Below are positions 10,241 through 21,368 of a stretch of 64,000 bases of DNA, piece by piece. The stretch lies in NCBI GenBank assembly GCA_028285305.1, contig JANQPV010000004.1:41685-105684 (forward strand), in the 5' to 3' direction. Position 1 is the first letter of the stretch; every line of letters starts with the position of its first letter. The notes beneath the pieces are model-generated. The model had not been told where the DNA came from and searched no databases. It worked only from the letters and a program-made list of their open reading frames with translations. This DNA is from Alphaproteobacteria bacterium (GTDB lineage: Bacteria > Pseudomonadota > Alphaproteobacteria > SMXP01). A program made the translations under genes and the position numbers.

Positions 10241-11086
10241 TCACGCCGGCAGCCTCGTATCGTCCTTTTTGTGCTTCATCACTTCCGCCGCCAGTTTCAC
10301 ATAGGCCTTGCTGCCCGAACATTTATGGTCGTACAGCAACGCCGGAATACCATGAGAGGGCGCCTCGGAAATCCGGACATTTCGCGGAATGATGGTGGAA
10401 TAGACCTTGTCGCCCAGATGCTCACGCACATCGTCCGCCACTTGACTGGACAAATTGTTCCGCTTGTCGAACATGGTCAGAACGATGCCTTCAATCTCCA
10501 AATCCGGATTGAGCGTCGACTTGACCCGATTGATGGTCCGCAGAAGCTCGCTCAGCCCCTCCAAGGCAAAAAACTCGCACTGCAGCGGCACGACCACCCC
10601 ATCGGCCGCCGCCAAAGCATTCACCGTGAGCACATCAAGCGATGGTGGACAATCGATCAGCACATAATCGATGCCCCCACCCGGTTGCCCGGTTCTATTT
10701 TCTAGTGATTTAATCAGCCCACGGATTGTATCGCGAAGCCGGAAAGACCGCCGGTCCATACTGAGAAGTTCGGTGCTCGCACCGGCCAGGTCCCGAACCG
10801 CCGGAATCAAAAACACATTTGGAACTGACGTTTCTCGGATCGCCTCCTCAACCGGACAGTCGCCGATCAACACATCATAGATCGACGGATTGCGCTCCTC
10901 AGGCATCAGGCCAAGACCCGTACTCGCATTGCCTTGCGGGTCCATATCAATGAGCAGCACCTTTTTGCCGACGGCCCCCATGGCCGTCCCAATATTGACT
11001 GTTGTGGTGGTTTTGCCGACACCGCCTTTTTGATTCGCGACAGCAAAGACTCGAGGAGAGGACCCGTCCCCATGTGAGTTAATCAT
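10241..11086 (-). CDS. parA: chromosome partitioning ATPase ParA/Soj
   Basis: NQKGGVGKTT, DMDPQGNAS, IDCPPSL, PLQCEFFALEG. Confidence 0.97.
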   Translation of the reverse strand: MINSHGDGSSPRVFAVANQKGGVGKTTTTVNIGTAMGAVGKKVLLIDMDPQGNASTGLGLMPEERNPSIYDVLIGDCPVEEAIRETSVPNVFLIPAVRDLAGASTELLSMDRRSFRLRDTIRGLIKSLENRTGQPGGGIDYVLIDCPPSLDVLTVNALAAADGVVVPLQCEFFALEGLSELLRTINRVKSTLNPDLEIEGIVLTMFDKRNNLSSQVADDVREHLGDKVYSTIIPRNVRISEAPSHGIPALLYDHKCSGSKAYVKLAAEVMKHKKDDTRLPA

Positions 11087-11724
11087 TTTACCGCATGTAC
11101 GCTGTTAAGAATCAGAATTCGACCAGTAGAATCGGTTAGGGAGTCTACCGAGTCGGCATCAAATGTCCAATCATTGCGCGCCGCATCGACCTCTTCCTTC
11201 CACCGTTTTCCTTTAAGGAAAAGAAAACGCGTTTCAGAATGGGACAATGGCGCAGCCAATCGCAGTAGATCGGGCAGGGGCGCCAGCGCCCGGGCGGTGA
11301 TGCAATCAAACGGACCAAACGTAGCCTCTTCTAGGCGGGCGTTTTCGACGGAGACGTCGAGTCCCATCTCCAGGGCCGCTGTTTTTAGGAACACACACTT
11401 TCGCTGATCCGCTTCGACCAGTGTCACCTGCAAGGGAGATGACCCTTCACTCCGCAAAAGAGCCAAAATGAGTCCAGGAAACCCTGCCCCGCTTCCCATA
11501 TCCAAAAGCGAACAAGCATTCGCGGGGATCAAGGGCAACAACTGAGCGCTGTCAATAAAGTGCCGCTGCCAGACATCATTGAGGGTTTTTAGCCCCACCA
11601 GATTGATGGTTGGCTGCCATTTCCACAAAAGAGTCTTGTATTTGGAGAGTTTGTTCACAGTTTCACGTGAAACAGGTGTGCCGGCAGCCTTCTCGAAGAG
11701 CTCCACATGGGACTGATCGCTCAT
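11083..11724 (-). CDS. rsmG: 16S rRNA m7G527 methyltransferase RsmG/GidB
   Basis: INLV, RHFIDS, DMGSGAGFPG, ITARALA; position in operon. Confidence 0.96.
   Translation of the reverse strand: MSDQSHVELFEKAAGTPVSRETVNKLSKYKTLLWKWQPTINLVGLKTLNDVWQRHFIDSAQLLPLIPANACSLLDMGSGAGFPGLILALLRSEGSSPLQVTLVEADQRKCVFLKTAALEMGLDVSVENARLEEATFGPFDCITARALAPLPDLLRLAAPLSHSETRFLFLKGKRWKEEVDAARNDWTFDADSVDSLTDSTGRILILNSVHAVK
11659..11674. promoter_or_regulatory. parS site inside rsmG
   Basis: AGTTTCACGTGAAACA, 15/16 match to TGTTTCACGTGAAACA. Confidence 0.9.
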
Positions 11725-11742
11725 TCAGCTTAAGCCACAGTT

Positions 11743-13638
11743 TTACTGTCCGATCCCGGTACGTTGGAATCCCGCCCTCGCCCCCTTTTTGATGGCGACC
11801 AGAATCAGTGTGATCGCCGCAGGCGTCATCCCGTCGATGCGGCTGGCCTGACCAAGGGTTGCCGGCCGAATCGAATTGAGCTTTTCCGTCAACTCGTTTG
11901 AGAGACCGCTTATGGACGTGTACTCGAAATGGGCCGGGATTTTGATGGCTTCGTCCCGCTTGAACGCAACGACATCCGCTTCCTGGCGCTCCAGATAGGC
12001 CGCATATTGCGCTTCGATTTCCAATTGCTCGGCCACATTCGAACTAACGGCCTGCAGCTCCGGCCACACTTGCACAAGTCTGTCGAAATCGATTGAAGGA
12101 TACGACAAGAGTTCAAACGCGCTGCGGGTTTTTCCGTCCTGATTGACCGGCAGACCTGCCCTCTTGGCAGCCGCCGATGTCAGCGTTTTCGCCCGCAGTT
12201 CCGATCGCACTTGGGATAGCCCAGCAACCTTCGCCGAGAAGGCGTCTCCTCGTTCTGGACCCACAAGCCCAAAGTCCAGTCCCACAGGGGTGAGGCGCTG
12301 GTCGGCATTATCCGCTCTCAGGGACAACCGGTATTCGGCCCGTGACGTAAACATCCGGTAAGGCTCGCTGACCCCGCGTGTGGTCAAATCGTCGATCAGA
12401 ACTCCAATATAGGCTTCGTTTCGTCCAAGGGTGAAAGAACGGAAAGAGCCTTCGGCTCTCAGGGCACCATTGACGCCTGCCACCAAACCCTGAGCGGCCG
12501 CTTCCTCATATCCCGTCGTGCCATTGATTTGGCCCGCCAAGAAAAGTCCCGGCACCCGTTTGGTTTCCAGCGCGAGCATAAGCTCTCTCGGATCCACATA
12601 ATCGTACTCAATCGCATAGCCAAAGCGTTTGACCCGGACATCCGCCAAACCGGGAATGGTCCGCAAGAAAGCGTCTTGCACATCTTCGGGAAGGGAGGTC
12701 GAAATACCGTTTGGATAGACGGTATCGTCCTCCAATCCTTCCGGCTCCAAGAAGATTTGATGAGATCCTTTCTCTGCAAACCGAACCACTTTGTCTTCGA
12801 TCGAAGGGCAGTAGCGGGGACCCACGCCCTCAATCTGACCGGAGTAAACCGAAGACTTAGAGAGATTCTCGCGGATGATCTGGTGAGTTGCCTCAGTTGT
12901 GTTGGCAATAAAGCAAGAAATCTGGCGTTGGGGTGGGGACTCCGTCAAAAACGAAAAGGGGACGGGATCGGAATCTCCGGGCTGCTCCTCAAGCTGGGAC
13001 CAATCGATGCTCGTTCCATCAAGCCGGGCAGGGGTCCCGGTTTTCAATCGCCCCATTTGAAACTTTAATCCATAGAGGGTCTCGGCGAGTCCGATCGCCG
13101 GCCGGTCCCCAACGCGGCCCGCGGGGATCCGTTTTTCTCCAATATGAATTTCGCCCCGCAAAAACGTTCCCGTCGTCAAGACCACGGCACCGGCAGAATA
13201 AATGCGGCCCGAAGCCCCGACAGCTCCAGCAACGACTCCCTTCGAAATCACGAGATCCTCAACCGCCTCTGCGTGGATCGTCAAATTCGGAAGGCTTGCC
13301 AGCTCCCGCTGCATGCCCTCTTTGTAAAGCCGTCGATCCGATTGTGCCCTTGGGCCTTGCACGGCCGGCCCCTTGCGCCGGTTGAGCAATCTGAATTGGA
13401 TACCGGCGTAATCGGCAACCCGGCCCATCACGCCATCAAGCGCATCAATTTCTCGAACCAAATGGCCTTTTCCCAAACCCCCGATCGCCGGGTTACAGGA
13501 CATCTCGCCAATGGTTTCGATTTTATGGGTCAAGAGGAGGGTCGACGCACCCAGTCGCGCAGCCGCGGCCGCGGCCTCACAGCCCGCGTGTCCGCCGCCG
13601 ATGACAATAACGTCAAATGCCGTTTGGTGATCGCCCAT
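11743..13638 (-). CDS. mnmG: tRNA U34 modification enzyme MnmG/GidA
   Basis: [47 protein letters not shown]. Confidence 0.98.
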   Translation of the reverse strand: MGDHQTAFDVIVIGGGHAGCEAAAAAARLGASTLLLTHKIETIGEMSCNPAIGGLGKGHLVREIDALDGVMGRVADYAGIQFRLLNRRKGPAVQGPRAQSDRRLYKEGMQRELASLPNLTIHAEAVEDLVISKGVVAGAVGASGRIYSAGAVVLTTGTFLRGEIHIGEKRIPAGRVGDRPAIGLAETLYGLKFQMGRLKTGTPARLDGTSIDWSQLEEQPGDSDPVPFSFLTESPPQRQISCFIANTTEATHQIIRENLSKSSVYSGQIEGVGPRYCPSIEDKVVRFAEKGSHQIFLEPEGLEDDTVYPNGISTSLPEDVQDAFLRTIPGLADVRVKRFGYAIEYDYVDPRELMLALETKRVPGLFLAGQINGTTGYEEAAAQGLVAGVNGALRAEGSFRSFTLGRNEAYIGVLIDDLTTRGVSEPYRMFTSRAEYRLSLRADNADQRLTPVGLDFGLVGPERGDAFSAKVAGLSQVRSELRAKTLTSAAAKRAGLPVNQDGKTRSAFELLSYPSIDFDRLVQVWPELQAVSSNVAEQLEIEAQYAAYLERQEADVVAFKRDEAIKIPAHFEYTSISGLSNELTEKLNSIRPATLGQASRIDGMTPAAITLILVAIKKGARAGFQRTGIGQ

Positions 13639-13666
13639 TCGCCGACCTCAGAAAATTCTGACCCAA

Positions 13667-13682
13667 TGATTCACGTGAAACA
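13667..13682. promoter_or_regulatory. parS site between mnmE and mnmG
   Basis: TGATTCACGTGAAACA, 15/16 match to consensus. Confidence 0.85.
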
Positions 13683-15026
13683 CTACTTACCGATGCAAAA
13701 CTCTTGAAAGACCAGATCGAGGACTTCTTCCACATTCACCTGACCGGTCACTTCGCCGAGAGTGCGCAAAGCCAGCCTGATATGCTCCGCAACGACCGCG
13801 ATATCAAGTGTTTCCAACTCGATCAGTTCACCAAGACGGCAGGCCACTTGAGCGAGCAAGTGCCGATGACGGGCACGGGTGAGGGCAGGGGTCGCGGAAA
13901 AAGCATAGGCCTCCTGAACGACATCACTCAAATGCGCCAACAGGGACTCCAAACCCAATCCCGAAGCTGCCGAAAGCTCGAATGCCGTCAAATTACCGGG
14001 AAGACTTCTGCTAGGGGGAGCTCCAATATCCATTTTGTTTACAACGAGCACATCGTGCGGACGGCGCGCCTCCTCAAAGAGCTCGACCAGTCCCGCATCC
14101 CAAGCGGTATCGCAAGACGTCAACCATATGCGGATCTCCGCCGCCTCCGCCGCCGCTTTGGCTCGCCGCACCCCTTCCCGCTCAATCGGCTCTGAACTCG
14201 TCCGGAGCCCAGCCGTATCTCGAAAAATCACCGGAACACCGTTCAAGTCCAAACGGCTTTCGACCACATCTCGGGTTGTCCCGGCTATGTCGGAAACGAT
14301 TGCGACGTCTTGGTGAGTCAGAGCGTTCAGCAAGCTCGACTTTCCGACATTGGGGGGTCCCAGCAAAACCACGTCCACCCCATCGCGCAGCACCTGCCCT
14401 CGCCGATTGTCCGCCAAATGGGACCGCACCTCGTCGCGCAAGCCCGCAACTTCCGGAAGATGCAAACGCCACTGCCCCTCAGGTACATCTTCGTCCGGAA
14501 AGTCGATTTCCGCCTCAACAGCCGCCAAAACGCGCACCAATCGATCCCGCCAACCGAAATAAATTTTGGAAAGCGCACCGTCCATCTGATGCAACGCCTG
14601 CTGTCGCTGAGCATCCGTCTCCGCGGACAAAAGATCGGAAAGCGCTTCCACCTGGAGGAGATCATATTTGCCGTTGGCAAAAGCCCGCCGCGTAAACTCG
14701 CCGGGCTCGGCGGGCCGGCATCCAAGATCGATAAGCAGCTGACCCAGTTTTACAACCACGGCTCGGCTGCCGTGAAAATGAAACTCGGCCACATCTTCGC
14801 CGGTAAAGGACTGGGGCCCTTTGAACCAGACGCACATCCCGCGATCGACAAGATCTCCGCTCTTAGGGTCAACGAACGCCGAATAGGTCAGCTCCCGCTC
14901 CCTGCCCTGTCCCCTTGAAGTCAGCCCATCAAGAACCTCTTGAGCTTGGCTGCCTGACACGCGAATCACGGCAACACCGGAAACACCTTTGGGCGTTGCG
15001 AGAGCGAAGATGGTCTCTTGGTTCAC
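13683..15026 (-). CDS. mnmE: tRNA modification GTPase MnmE/TrmE
   Basis: SFTGED, GPPNVGKSS, GTTRD, DTAGLR, NKMD, terminal FCIGK. Confidence 0.98.
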   Translation of the reverse strand: MNQETIFALATPKGVSGVAVIRVSGSQAQEVLDGLTSRGQGRERELTYSAFVDPKSGDLVDRGMCVWFKGPQSFTGEDVAEFHFHGSRAVVVKLGQLLIDLGCRPAEPGEFTRRAFANGKYDLLQVEALSDLLSAETDAQRQQALHQMDGALSKIYFGWRDRLVRVLAAVEAEIDFPDEDVPEGQWRLHLPEVAGLRDEVRSHLADNRRGQVLRDGVDVVLLGPPNVGKSSLLNALTHQDVAIVSDIAGTTRDVVESRLDLNGVPVIFRDTAGLRTSSEPIEREGVRRAKAAAEAAEIRIWLTSCDTAWDAGLVELFEEARRPHDVLVVNKMDIGAPPSRSLPGNLTAFELSAASGLGLESLLAHLSDVVQEAYAFSATPALTRARHRHLLAQVACRLGELIELETLDIAVVAEHIRLALRTLGEVTGQVNVEEVLDLVFQEFCIGK

Positions 15027-15057
15027 ATGGCTTATCCTGATTCACGCCATCTCTGAT

Positions 15058-15303
15058 TTACTTCTCGTCCGGCTCCGGCTCGTTACTTTTCGGGGTCATC
15101 GCGGCGCGCATCACCTTTTGGATTTCTTCGAGACCCTTACCCGCCACCGGAAACCAAAGTTTTGTTATCAACTCCGGATTCAAAAGACCGCCGGATTCCA
15201 CAAAACGCGCCATCAAGTCTTCGTTGAACTGAGAGACATCCGGCAATCCCAAAAAACGCCGCGCTTCCTCCGGAGAACAATCAACTTCGATTGTAACTTT
15301 CAT
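15058..15303 (-). CDS. DUF6489-like small conserved protein
   Basis: N-terminus MKVTIEVDCSPEEARRFLGLPDV is typical of this alphaproteobacterial family. Confidence 0.8.
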   Translation of the reverse strand: MKVTIEVDCSPEEARRFLGLPDVSQFNEDLMARFVESGGLLNPELITKLWFPVAGKGLEEIQKVMRAAMTPKSNEPEPDEK

Positions 15304-15430
15304 GACCCATCATCCTTTCCTACGATCCCACCTAGCACCCGGCATTCTTTTGCGGCAAAACTTTTGTTTGTGCTAACAAGCCGCATCCCTTCACCAAAAC
15401 CTTTTTACGTACCCAGAGGAGACATCGATC

Positions 15431-16126
15431 ATGGGACAAGACATCACTATTTCATCGCCGGATGGAAACTTTTCGGGCTACCTCGCTTTACCTTCAAGCG
15501 GCACGGGTCCCGGCATCGTCGTGATGCAAGAAATCTTCGGCGTGAACAAAGTTATGCGCGACATTTGCGATGACCTCGCAAGCGAAGGGTTCGTCGCATT
15601 ATGCCCGGATCTCTTCTGGCGGATCGAGCCTAACATTCAACTCACCGATCAGTCCCAAGCAGAGTGGGATAAAGCCTTTGAACTTTTTGGGAAGTTCGAT
15701 GCCGATTCCGGCGTAAAAGACATCCAATCCACAATCACCACACTTAGAAATCATGAAGCCTGCAGCGGCAAAGTCGGCACGGTTGGCTATTGTCTAGGTG
15801 GCTTTCTCGCCTACTTGTCTTCAACGCGCACGGACACCGACGGATCTGTGGGCTATTACGGCGTCAACATCCAAGAAAAACTTGATGAGGCCGCCAACAT
15901 CAAAAAACCGCTGATGCTTCACGTTGCGGCAAGAGACAGCTTTGTTCCGCCGGAAGCGCAAGAGGCGGTCGCGAATGGTCTCGGCGGCAATTCTCTGGTC
16001 ACAATCCATACTTATGCGGACCGCGAACATGCATTCGCACGTGTTGGAGGGGAGCATTACCACGAGGCAGATGCGACCTCAGCAAATGCGAGGACCCGTT
16101 CGTTCTTTAATGAGTGTTTGAGTTAA
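15431..16126 (+). CDS. dienelactone hydrolase family protein
   Basis: QEIFGVN, PDLFWR, GYCLGG, HAF. Confidence 0.93.
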   Translation: MGQDITISSPDGNFSGYLALPSSGTGPGIVVMQEIFGVNKVMRDICDDLASEGFVALCPDLFWRIEPNIQLTDQSQAEWDKAFELFGKFDADSGVKDIQSTITTLRNHEACSGKVGTVGYCLGGFLAYLSSTRTDTDGSVGYYGVNIQEKLDEAANIKKPLMLHVAARDSFVPPEAQEAVANGLGGNSLVTIHTYADREHAFARVGGEHYHEADATSANARTRSFFNECLS

Positions 16127-16131
16127 AGATC

Positions 16132-16147
16132 AGTTTCACGCGAAACA
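16132..16147. promoter_or_regulatory. parS site (degenerate)
   Basis: AGTTTCACGCGAAACA, 14/16 match, between convergent genes. Confidence 0.75.
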
Positions 16148-16207
16148 GTATATGATTTCAAAGAACTGTTCGGCGACCTCGACAAGGGGAGTTCGAATTC
16201 AATGACC

Positions 16208-17482
16208 CTAAGTGTTCATTGAATCAAAGAACTCCTCATTCGCCTTCGTCTGACGAAGCTTATCGAGCAAGAACTCCATCGCATCTGTCGTTCCCATGGG
16301 ATTGAGGATCCGGCGAAGGACATACATCTTTTGAAGAATGTCCTTTTCGACAAGGAGTTCTTCTTTCCGTGTGCCCGACTTAACGACGTCAATCGCAGGA
16401 AAGACGCGTTTGTCGGCAAGCTTGCGATCGAGCACAATCTCTGAGTTGCCAGTTCCTTTGAACTCTTCGAAAATCACTTCGTCCATGCGGCTGCCCGTGT
16501 CGATAAGAGCCGTTGCAATGATCGTCAGCGAGCCACCTTCTTCAATGTTTCGAGCCGCCCCGAAGAAACGTTTCGGCCGCTGCAAAGCATTTGCATCGAC
16601 GCCGCCCGTCAAGACCTTTCCGGAAGACGGAACAACTGTGTTGTAGGCACGGCCTAAGCGCGTGATCGAATCGAGGAGAATGACGACGTCCCGGCCGTGT
16701 TCGACGAGACGCTTTGCCTTTTCAATAATCATCTCCGCAACTTGCACATGGCGGGTTGCCGGTTCGTCGAACGTTGAACTGACGACTTCACCCCTCACCG
16801 ACCTCTGCATATCGGTCACTTCTTCCGGCCGCTCGTCAATCAAAAGGACAATCAAATAGCACTCAGGCTGATTGGCCGTAATCGAATGGGCGATGTTCTG
16901 GAGAAGAACCGTCTTACCGGTCCGCGGGGGCGCAACAATAAGGGCCCTTTGACCCTTTCCGAGAGGAGCAACCAAATCGATAACCCGAGAGCTAAAATCT
17001 TTCGTCTCTGTGGGATCGGGCAACTCCATATGAAGCCGCTCATCCGGATAGAGCGGCGTAAGATTGTCAAAGTGAACTTTGTGACGCGCTTTTTCAGGGT
17101 CATCAAAGTTGATCGCCACAACCTTCAGGAGAGCGAAGTACCGTTCGCCATCTTTAGGGCTGCGGATCTGACCCTCGACGGTATCACCCGTCCGCAAGGA
17201 AAATCGCCGGATTTGGCTAGGGCTCACATAAATATCGTCAGGACCGGGTAAGTAGTTCGATTCGGGAGACCGAAGGAAACCAAATCCATCCTGCAAGACT
17301 TCAAGAACCCCACCCCCAGTAATCTCAACATCTTGCTCAGCAAGTTGCTTGAGTATTGCGAACATCATGTCTTGCTTTCTCATGGTGCTCGCGTTTTCGA
17401 CTTCGAGCTCCTCAGCAAACTCAAGGAGTTCGGTAGGAGACTTAGCCTTAAGCTCTTGCAACTTTAGTTCTTGAAAAGTCAT
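16208..17482 (-). CDS. rho: transcription termination factor Rho
   Basis: [48 protein letters not shown]. Confidence 0.99.
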   Translation of the reverse strand: MTFQELKLQELKAKSPTELLEFAEELEVENASTMRKQDMMFAILKQLAEQDVEITGGGVLEVLQDGFGFLRSPESNYLPGPDDIYVSPSQIRRFSLRTGDTVEGQIRSPKDGERYFALLKVVAINFDDPEKARHKVHFDNLTPLYPDERLHMELPDPTETKDFSSRVIDLVAPLGKGQRALIVAPPRTGKTVLLQNIAHSITANQPECYLIVLLIDERPEEVTDMQRSVRGEVVSSTFDEPATRHVQVAEMIIEKAKRLVEHGRDVVILLDSITRLGRAYNTVVPSSGKVLTGGVDANALQRPKRFFGAARNIEEGGSLTIIATALIDTGSRMDEVIFEEFKGTGNSEIVLDRKLADKRVFPAIDVVKSGTRKEELLVEKDILQKMYVLRRILNPMGTTDAMEFLLDKLRQTKANEEFFDSMNT

Positions 17483-18048
17483 GGCAGTTTCTTGTTTGGA
17501 AATAGGAGGTCGACGCTATCGAAGGGAGCAGTAAGCAGGCCAGCAGGCTGTACTCAACAGCTTTGGACGATCACTGAATAACAAAACTCCGGGAAAAGGA
17601 GCGTGTCGACTGTTTGAAGAATGTCTCTGATCAAAGGCTGATTATCACACCGGAAAAAAATAGCAAGAGAAACCTAAATAAGTCTTGTTCCCGAAAGATC
17701 ACCAAAATGCGAATTTCTACTTTTTCCTTTTCTAAGAAAGTATTTTTTATAGAAGAAGATTGTTGAGCCTGTGAGATACTGGGAACACGCCTTGTTAGCG
17801 CGAAAATGTGAACAGCCTTTCGGTGTTTTGTGCATCGAGAGCCTAAGGATTTCCGGGCGTCAGGGAAGGGTTTACACAAAGTTAAAGGAATTCACACACC
17901 AAGGAATTCACATGTGGTCTAAGAGGACTTCACGCTGAGTCCTTGGTGACAATTTTATAACAATTCTTACCGTGAGATTGGTCTGGCCGGATTCTGTCGA
18001 ATTTGAGTCACAATTCCTCCACAAATCGTTAACGGAAATGGAGCGCCG
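17483..18048. other. probable chromosomal replication origin (oriC)
   Basis: 566-bp gap between divergent rho and ppsR. AT-rich tract at about 17640-17760, trio-like TAG-AAG-AAG (17750-17758), GCC, then box-like TGTGAGATA (17770) and TGGGAACAC (17780). Further DnaA-box-like 9-mers at 17807, 17829, 17870, 17888, 17904 and 18015. Near parABS and gidAB. Confidence 0.75.
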
Positions 18049-18927
18049 GTGGCGGAGAAACAGAGAAAGTTTTTCACATATTTTCATCTTCACTTGGTGT
18101 CTGATGCAACCGGAGAGACGCTGAACGCGATCTCTCGGGCGAGTTGCGGCCAGTTCGAAAGTGTGAAGCCGATTGAACACGTTTACGCCCTGGTTCGATC
18201 GGAGAGGCAACTCGATCGTGCTCTTAAGGCGATCGAAGAAGCTCCTGGAATTGTTCTTTATACGATCATGAACAACGCGCTTCGCCTAAAACTAGAAACC
18301 AGGTGTAAAGAATTGAAGGTTCCCAGCCTGTCGGTATTGGACCCTATTCTTTCAAAACTGGGGAGTTACCTTGGTCAAGAATTCTCTCACAAAATCGGGG
18401 CCCAGCATGAGTTGGATGCTGCCTATTTTGAACGGATTGAAGCGTTAAACTACACCATCACCCATGATGACGGGCAAAACACCCATGAACTCGAACACTC
18501 TCATGTGGTTTTGGTTGGTGTCAGTCGGACCTCAAAGACCCCGACATGTATGTACTTGGCGAACCGAGGCATCAAAGCAGCCAACGTGCCTGTCGTCCAA
18601 GAAGCGCCTTTGCCGCCGGAACTTGAAACTCTCAAGGCGCCGTTGGTCGTGGGCCTGATCGCATCCGCTGAACGGCTCATTCAGATTCGACGGAATCGCT
18701 TGCTCTCGCTGCAAGCAGATTTGGAAACCGATTACGTCGACCAGGAGGCTGTCCGTGGAGAGATCATTTATGCACGACGGTTGTTTGAACGTAACAAATG
18801 GCCGACCATCGATGTGACCCGCCGCTCAATTGAAGAAACGGCCGCCGCTATTCTCAGTTTACTGACGGAACAGCGTGGGTCGACCACGCTGCCTTTGGAA
18901 GGCTTTCTTCCCCAACAGGCGGTATAG
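18049..18927 (+). CDS. ppsR: PEP synthase / pyruvate,phosphate dikinase regulatory kinase-pyrophosphorylase (DUF299)
   Basis: VSDATGET, HDDG, GVSRTSKTP, DVTRRSIEETA. Confidence 0.95.
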   Translation: MAEKQRKFFTYFHLHLVSDATGETLNAISRASCGQFESVKPIEHVYALVRSERQLDRALKAIEEAPGIVLYTIMNNALRLKLETRCKELKVPSLSVLDPILSKLGSYLGQEFSHKIGAQHELDAAYFERIEALNYTITHDDGQNTHELEHSHVVLVGVSRTSKTPTCMYLANRGIKAANVPVVQEAPLPPELETLKAPLVVGLIASAERLIQIRRNRLLSLQADLETDYVDQEAVRGEIIYARRLFERNKWPTIDVTRRSIEETAAAILSLLTEQRGSTTLPLEGFLPQQAV

Positions 18928-18944
18928 CCATACGAGAAAGAAAA

Positions 18945-19541
18945 ATGGCGCAATCCCTTGTTTTGGCGTCCGGAAGCAAAGTGAGAGCGAGACTGCTTCA
19001 AGACGCAGGACTCACATTTTCGATTGAACCTTCGGACGTGGATGAGGATGTCATCAAGCAGGCGCTTAAGTCCAAATCTGCATCACCCGAAGAAATTGCT
19101 GGAGCTTTGGCCGAAGCTAAATCCAAAGCAAGCACACAAAGTAAAGATCGTCTCGTGATCGGCGCGGATCAGATCCTTGTTCAAGGGAGCGAAATGTTTG
19201 ATAAGGCAAAGACCATCTCTGAGGCGCGGGAAAAATTGAAACATCTGCGTGGCAAAACCCACCATCTTGTCTCTGCGGCCTGCGTGACCAAAGATGGGCA
19301 GGTGATTTGGAGCACGACGAACTCGGTTTTCCTGACGATGCGTGCATTTAGCGATGAATACTTGGAGGCGTATCTGTCTCGAAATCAGGAAGCGGCTCTT
19401 ACGAGTGTGGGCGCCTACCAACTAGAGGGGGAGGGTGTGCAACTCTTCGATACCATTGAGGGGGACTATTTCACGATCTTGGGGCTGCCCCTCCTGGAAA
19501 TTCTGGAAGTCCTCAGAAAAAACGCTCTTATCTCCAACTAG
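18945..19541 (+). CDS. maf: Maf family nucleoside triphosphate pyrophosphatase
   Basis: LVLASGS..R, IGADQ, GAYQLEG, GDYFTILGLPL. Confidence 0.95.
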   Translation: MAQSLVLASGSKVRARLLQDAGLTFSIEPSDVDEDVIKQALKSKSASPEEIAGALAEAKSKASTQSKDRLVIGADQILVQGSEMFDKAKTISEAREKLKHLRGKTHHLVSAACVTKDGQVIWSTTNSVFLTMRAFSDEYLEAYLSRNQEAALTSVGAYQLEGEGVQLFDTIEGDYFTILGLPLLEILEVLRKNALISN

Positions 19542-19552
19542 CTCGGATAGTC

Positions 19553-20419
19553 GTGACGATTTCAGGCAAAACGAAACTCGCAGCAGTGATTGGCTGGCCA
19601 ATTGAGCACTCGCTGTCGCCGGCGCTCCATGGATTTTGGTTTATGGAACATGGACTTGATGCCGCAGTCGTGCCGTTGCCTGTAAAGCCAGAGAATTTGC
19701 GAGAAGTCATTCGGTGCCTGCCCCTAATGGGGTTTCGCGGCGCTTGGGTAACCCTTCCGCACAAAGAACAAGCACTCTCACTTCTCGATGAAGTAGATGG
19801 CGCGGGAAAGGCCATTGGCGCCGTAAATACGCTGATCTTTGGACCGGACGCCAAAATCTCAGGTAAGAACACCGATGCATTTGGCTTTCTTGAAAATCTG
19901 AAGGCCCAGCAGCCTGGCGTCCAGCTGCGCGGGAAATCGGCTATGGTGCTGGGCGCCGGCGGAGCGGCGTCAGCCATCATCCAAAGCCTAATCACGGCAG
20001 GCTGCTCGAAAATCCTCGTCTCAAACAGAACAGAAAGCCGTGCCCATACCCTCGCCTCGCATTGGAAAGAGAAGGCTGGATATCCTGTGGATGCAGTGCC
20101 TTGGGAGGCCAAGGAGAATCACTTGACCAATGTGAGCTTGCTCGTAAACACCACGTCTCTGGGTATGGTTGGACAACCTGATCTAAAGATTGGGATTGGA
20201 GGACTACCGGACACGGCAATCGTAGCGGACATCATCTATCGCCCTCTAAAAACGTCTCTTTTGCAGAAAGCCGAAGCAGCTGGCCACCCCATATGCACTG
20301 GCCTGGGAATGTTGGTGCACCAAGGGAGACCTGGCTTTGAAAGCATGTTTGGCGTGGCACCAAGCAACATCAACGGAGCCGAACAAGCTCTGATCAAAAT
20401 GTTAGGATTGGATGCATGA
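19553..20419 (+). CDS. aroE: shikimate dehydrogenase
   Basis: [40 protein letters not shown]. Confidence 0.96.
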   Translation: MTISGKTKLAAVIGWPIEHSLSPALHGFWFMEHGLDAAVVPLPVKPENLREVIRCLPLMGFRGAWVTLPHKEQALSLLDEVDGAGKAIGAVNTLIFGPDAKISGKNTDAFGFLENLKAQQPGVQLRGKSAMVLGAGGAASAIIQSLITAGCSKILVSNRTESRAHTLASHWKEKAGYPVDAVPWEAKENHLTNVSLLVNTTSLGMVGQPDLKIGIGGLPDTAIVADIIYRPLKTSLLQKAEAAGHPICTGLGMLVHQGRPGFESMFGVAPSNINGAEQALIKMLGLDA

Positions 20420-21018
20420 TTAAAGTGGGTCTGACCGGTTCAATCGGCATGGGCAAGTCGACGACGGCCCAGATGTTCGCCGACGAAGGCATCCCCGTTT
20501 ACGACGCCGATCGTGAGGTGCACCTCATCTACGAAAAGGGCGGTGCGGCGGTCCCCATCGTGGCAAAACTGTTTCCCAGTGCCGTCGTAGACGGGAAAGT
20601 CGACCGCACCAAGCTTTCTAAGCTCGTCCTAAACGACAAAGAGGCTTTGAAAAAACTCGAGGCCGCTGTTCATCCGCTTGTAGGGAAGCGCCAGTTGGAG
20701 TTCCTGGAAAATAGCCGAAAACTGGGCGCGGATATGGTCGTCTTAGACATTCCGTTACTGTTTGAGACGAATGGAACCGAACGGGTGGATGTGGTGGTCG
20801 TTGTCAGCGCTCCGCGGCACGTTCAACGGACCAGAGTTCTCGAACGCGAGGGAATGTCGGAAGAAAAATTCGAATCTATCCTAGCCAAACAGACGCCTGA
20901 TGAACAAAAGCGCGCCGGAGCGGACTATATCGTGGACACCAGTCTTGGCCTCGAATCGGCGCACGAACAAGTCCGGAAGATTATTGCAAAGATTCGCCAT
21001 AACGCTTCAAATCGCTAA
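20416..21018 (+). CDS. coaE: dephospho-CoA kinase
   Basis: [25 protein letters not shown]. Confidence 0.97.
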   Translation: MIKVGLTGSIGMGKSTTAQMFADEGIPVYDADREVHLIYEKGGAAVPIVAKLFPSAVVDGKVDRTKLSKLVLNDKEALKKLEAAVHPLVGKRQLEFLENSRKLGADMVVLDIPLLFETNGTERVDVVVVVSAPRHVQRTRVLEREGMSEEKFESILAKQTPDEQKRAGADYIVDTSLGLESAHEQVRKIIAKIRHNASNR

Positions 21019-21062
21019 GATGACAAAATTCTAAAGCCAAGATCTAAGGGAGGGATTGGGTC

Positions 21063-21368
21063 ATGAAGAAGCTGGCAATCTGCTGTGTACCTTTCATTCT
21101 TATGGGCTGCACTCAAGCACTGGAACAATCACAGACGGACGCCGGGGGACAAGCCGACATGCCGGAGGGAACCCAATGTGTGGTGGTTTGGAATGGGGCG
21201 AACGAGGCAAGCTCAGAGAATTCTGAAAGTACGGGCGATCAATCTCAGTCTGACCAATCCGCCCTGCAAAAGATCGATCTCGATGAAGGATCCGTCGTCT
21301 TGTTCCTCAGCGATCCCTGTGAAGACCTCGATCTCGACCAGGTAACCCAATCTATGGCCAGCTCATAA
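21063..21368 (+). CDS. hypothetical lipoprotein
   Basis: Lipobox LMGC (Cys16) after MKK and a hydrophobic core; RBS GGAGGG. Confidence 0.7.
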   Translation: MKKLAICCVPFILMGCTQALEQSQTDAGGQADMPEGTQCVVVWNGANEASSENSESTGDQSQSDQSALQKIDLDEGSVVLFLSDPCEDLDLDQVTQSMASS

